Source: Myxococcales bacterium (GTDB lineage Bacteria; Myxococcota_A; Polyangia; Polyangiales; Polyangiaceae). From it: DNA of 64,000 nt. Below, piece by piece: positions 62,793-64,000 of the stretch. The notes beneath the pieces were generated by a model. The model was given only the letters and a program-made list of their open reading frames with translations, had not been told where the DNA came from and did not search any database. Position numbers and translations under genes: made by a program. The DNA lies in the NCBI GenBank assembly GCA_043747615.1, contig JAYTOU010000017.1, forward strand, positions 119,249 to 183,248, in the 5' to 3' direction. Numbering within the stretch: the stretch's first letter is position 1; every line of letters starts with the position of its first letter.

Positions 62793-63941
62793 CTAGATGC
62801 GCATCGGCATGACGACGGCGAGGAAGTTCCGCGCGCCGTTCGGCCGGAGCACCGCAGGATCGAGCTCACCGCTCAGGCTGAGAATGACTTCGTCTTCTTC
62901 GAGCGCACCGAGCACGTCGAGAAAATATTTTGCGTTGAACCCGATGGTGATGGGCTGACCGGCGTAATCGACCGGCACCTCGTCGAAGCCGTCCCCGCTC
63001 TCCGGAGACTCGCTGGTGATGCGCATCGTACCTGCCCCGATACCGAGCTTCACGCCGCCCGTGCGCTCGCTTGCGGCGATGGACACGGCGCGGAGTGCAT
63101 CGGCGAAGGGCGCGCGCGGAACGCTGACCTTCTTCTCCGAATTTGCAGGAATGACCTGCGAATATGGGGGGAACTGCGCGTCGACGAGCTTGACGCTGAA
63201 GGTCGTTCCGCCTCCCTGGAAGAACGCGCTCGAGCCGCTCTGCGTGATCTGAAGCTGAGGTTTCTGCCCGTCCTTCGAGCCGTCTTTGCCGTGCTCGGCC
63301 ATCACCTCGTCGCACAAGCGGCGGAGCTCGTGGATCGCTTTGAGCGGGATCAGCATGGTCGCGGACGCTTGCCGTCCAGAGACCTTCACTTCCATTTTCG
63401 ACAGGCGATGACCGTCGGTGGTCACCATGCGCACGACGTCCCCTTCCCACTCGAAGAGCGCGGAGTTCAGGTGCGCGCGGGTCTCGTCGGTGGAGATCGA
63501 AAAATAGGTTTTCGAGATGAGCTCCTGGAGAACTTCGACTTCGAGAGCGAGGGTCGGCGCGCCTTCAGCCGGCGCTGGCAGGGGCGGAAAGTCATCGCCC
63601 GGCATCCCGCGCAGTGTGTACCTCCGCGCGCTGCCCGCGGCCTTCAGCGTCGTTGTCGCGTTGTCTTGCGTGGCGATGTGCACCGGACCGTCGGGCATCA
63701 TCTTCACGCGCTCGAGCAAATCCTTAGCCGGAACAGCGACGCTACCGCCCTTGGAGATCTCGGCGTTCACTTTGCCAGATATCGCCAGATACAAATCCGT
63801 CGCCGCGAGGCGCAGATGGCCCGGGCCATCGACCGAGAGAAGCACGTTCGAAAGCACGGGCATCGTGCTCTTCCGCTCGGCGACGCCCTGCATGCGCGCG
63901 ACGATCTTCAGCAAATCCTTCTTGGCGACCGTGAGCTCCAT
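62793..63941 (-). CDS. dnaN: DNA polymerase III beta clamp
   Basis: MPVLSNVL, ATDL, TDGHRL, FPPYSQVIP, GFNAKY, VVMPMRI. Confidence 0.97.
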   Translation of the reverse strand: MELTVAKKDLLKIVARMQGVAERKSTMPVLSNVLLSVDGPGHLRLAATDLYLAISGKVNAEISKGGSVAVPAKDLLERVKMMPDGPVHIATQDNATTTLKAAGSARRYTLRGMPGDDFPPLPAPAEGAPTLALEVEVLQELISKTYFSISTDETRAHLNSALFEWEGDVVRMVTTDGHRLSKMEVKVSGRQASATMLIPLKAIHELRRLCDEVMAEHGKDGSKDGQKPQLQITQSGSSAFFQGGGTTFSVKLVDAQFPPYSQVIPANSEKKVSVPRAPFADALRAVSIAASERTGGVKLGIGAGTMRITSESPESGDGFDEVPVDYAGQPITIGFNAKYFLDVLGALEEDEVILSLSGELDPAVLRPNGARNFLAVVMPMRI

Positions 63942-64000
63942 GGCGTGTCTCCGTCCGAACGAGGCTGCGAAGTGCCCGGGTTACGCGTCGGGGTCAAGGG

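Overview
High-GC, gene-dense chromosomal segment. The gene content points to a myxobacterium, probably Polyangiales/Sorangiineae-like (inference from two eukaryote-type Ser/Thr kinases, an FHA protein, many Cys-rich lipoproteins with DAG linkers, a MYXO-CTERM-like tail, CdnL/CarD and an AgmX-C-like protein). About 60 CDSs are supported. The right end carries dnaN-recF-gyrB, so oriC/dnaA probably lies just beyond it. Other recognisable genes are clpB, rpe, gshB, ggt, cinA, thpR, tlyA, mqnD, ccmE and ppx/gppA. I found no rRNA, tRNA, CRISPR array, transposase, integrase or prophage. The best candidates for undescribed biology are: (1) a sigma54-preceded pair of tiny lipoproteins sharing ACSLNPQPIPPG with synonymous-only divergence, divergent from a LolD-like ATPase / Cys-motif membrane protein / NosL / small-protein operon; (2) a giant TPR-DUF3857-transglutaminase pair with one catalytic and one apparently pseudo-catalytic subunit; (3) a SigR/SigH-like ECF sigma with an exact GGAAT-N18-GTT self-promoter, next to ggt/gshB; (4) a structured ~240-nt cdnL leader; (5) a 78-nt multi-stem palindromic element beside a chimeric, frameshifted lipoprotein gene; (6) three near-leaderless sigma54 promoters. 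All family calls come from motif recognition by eye; no database search was run.
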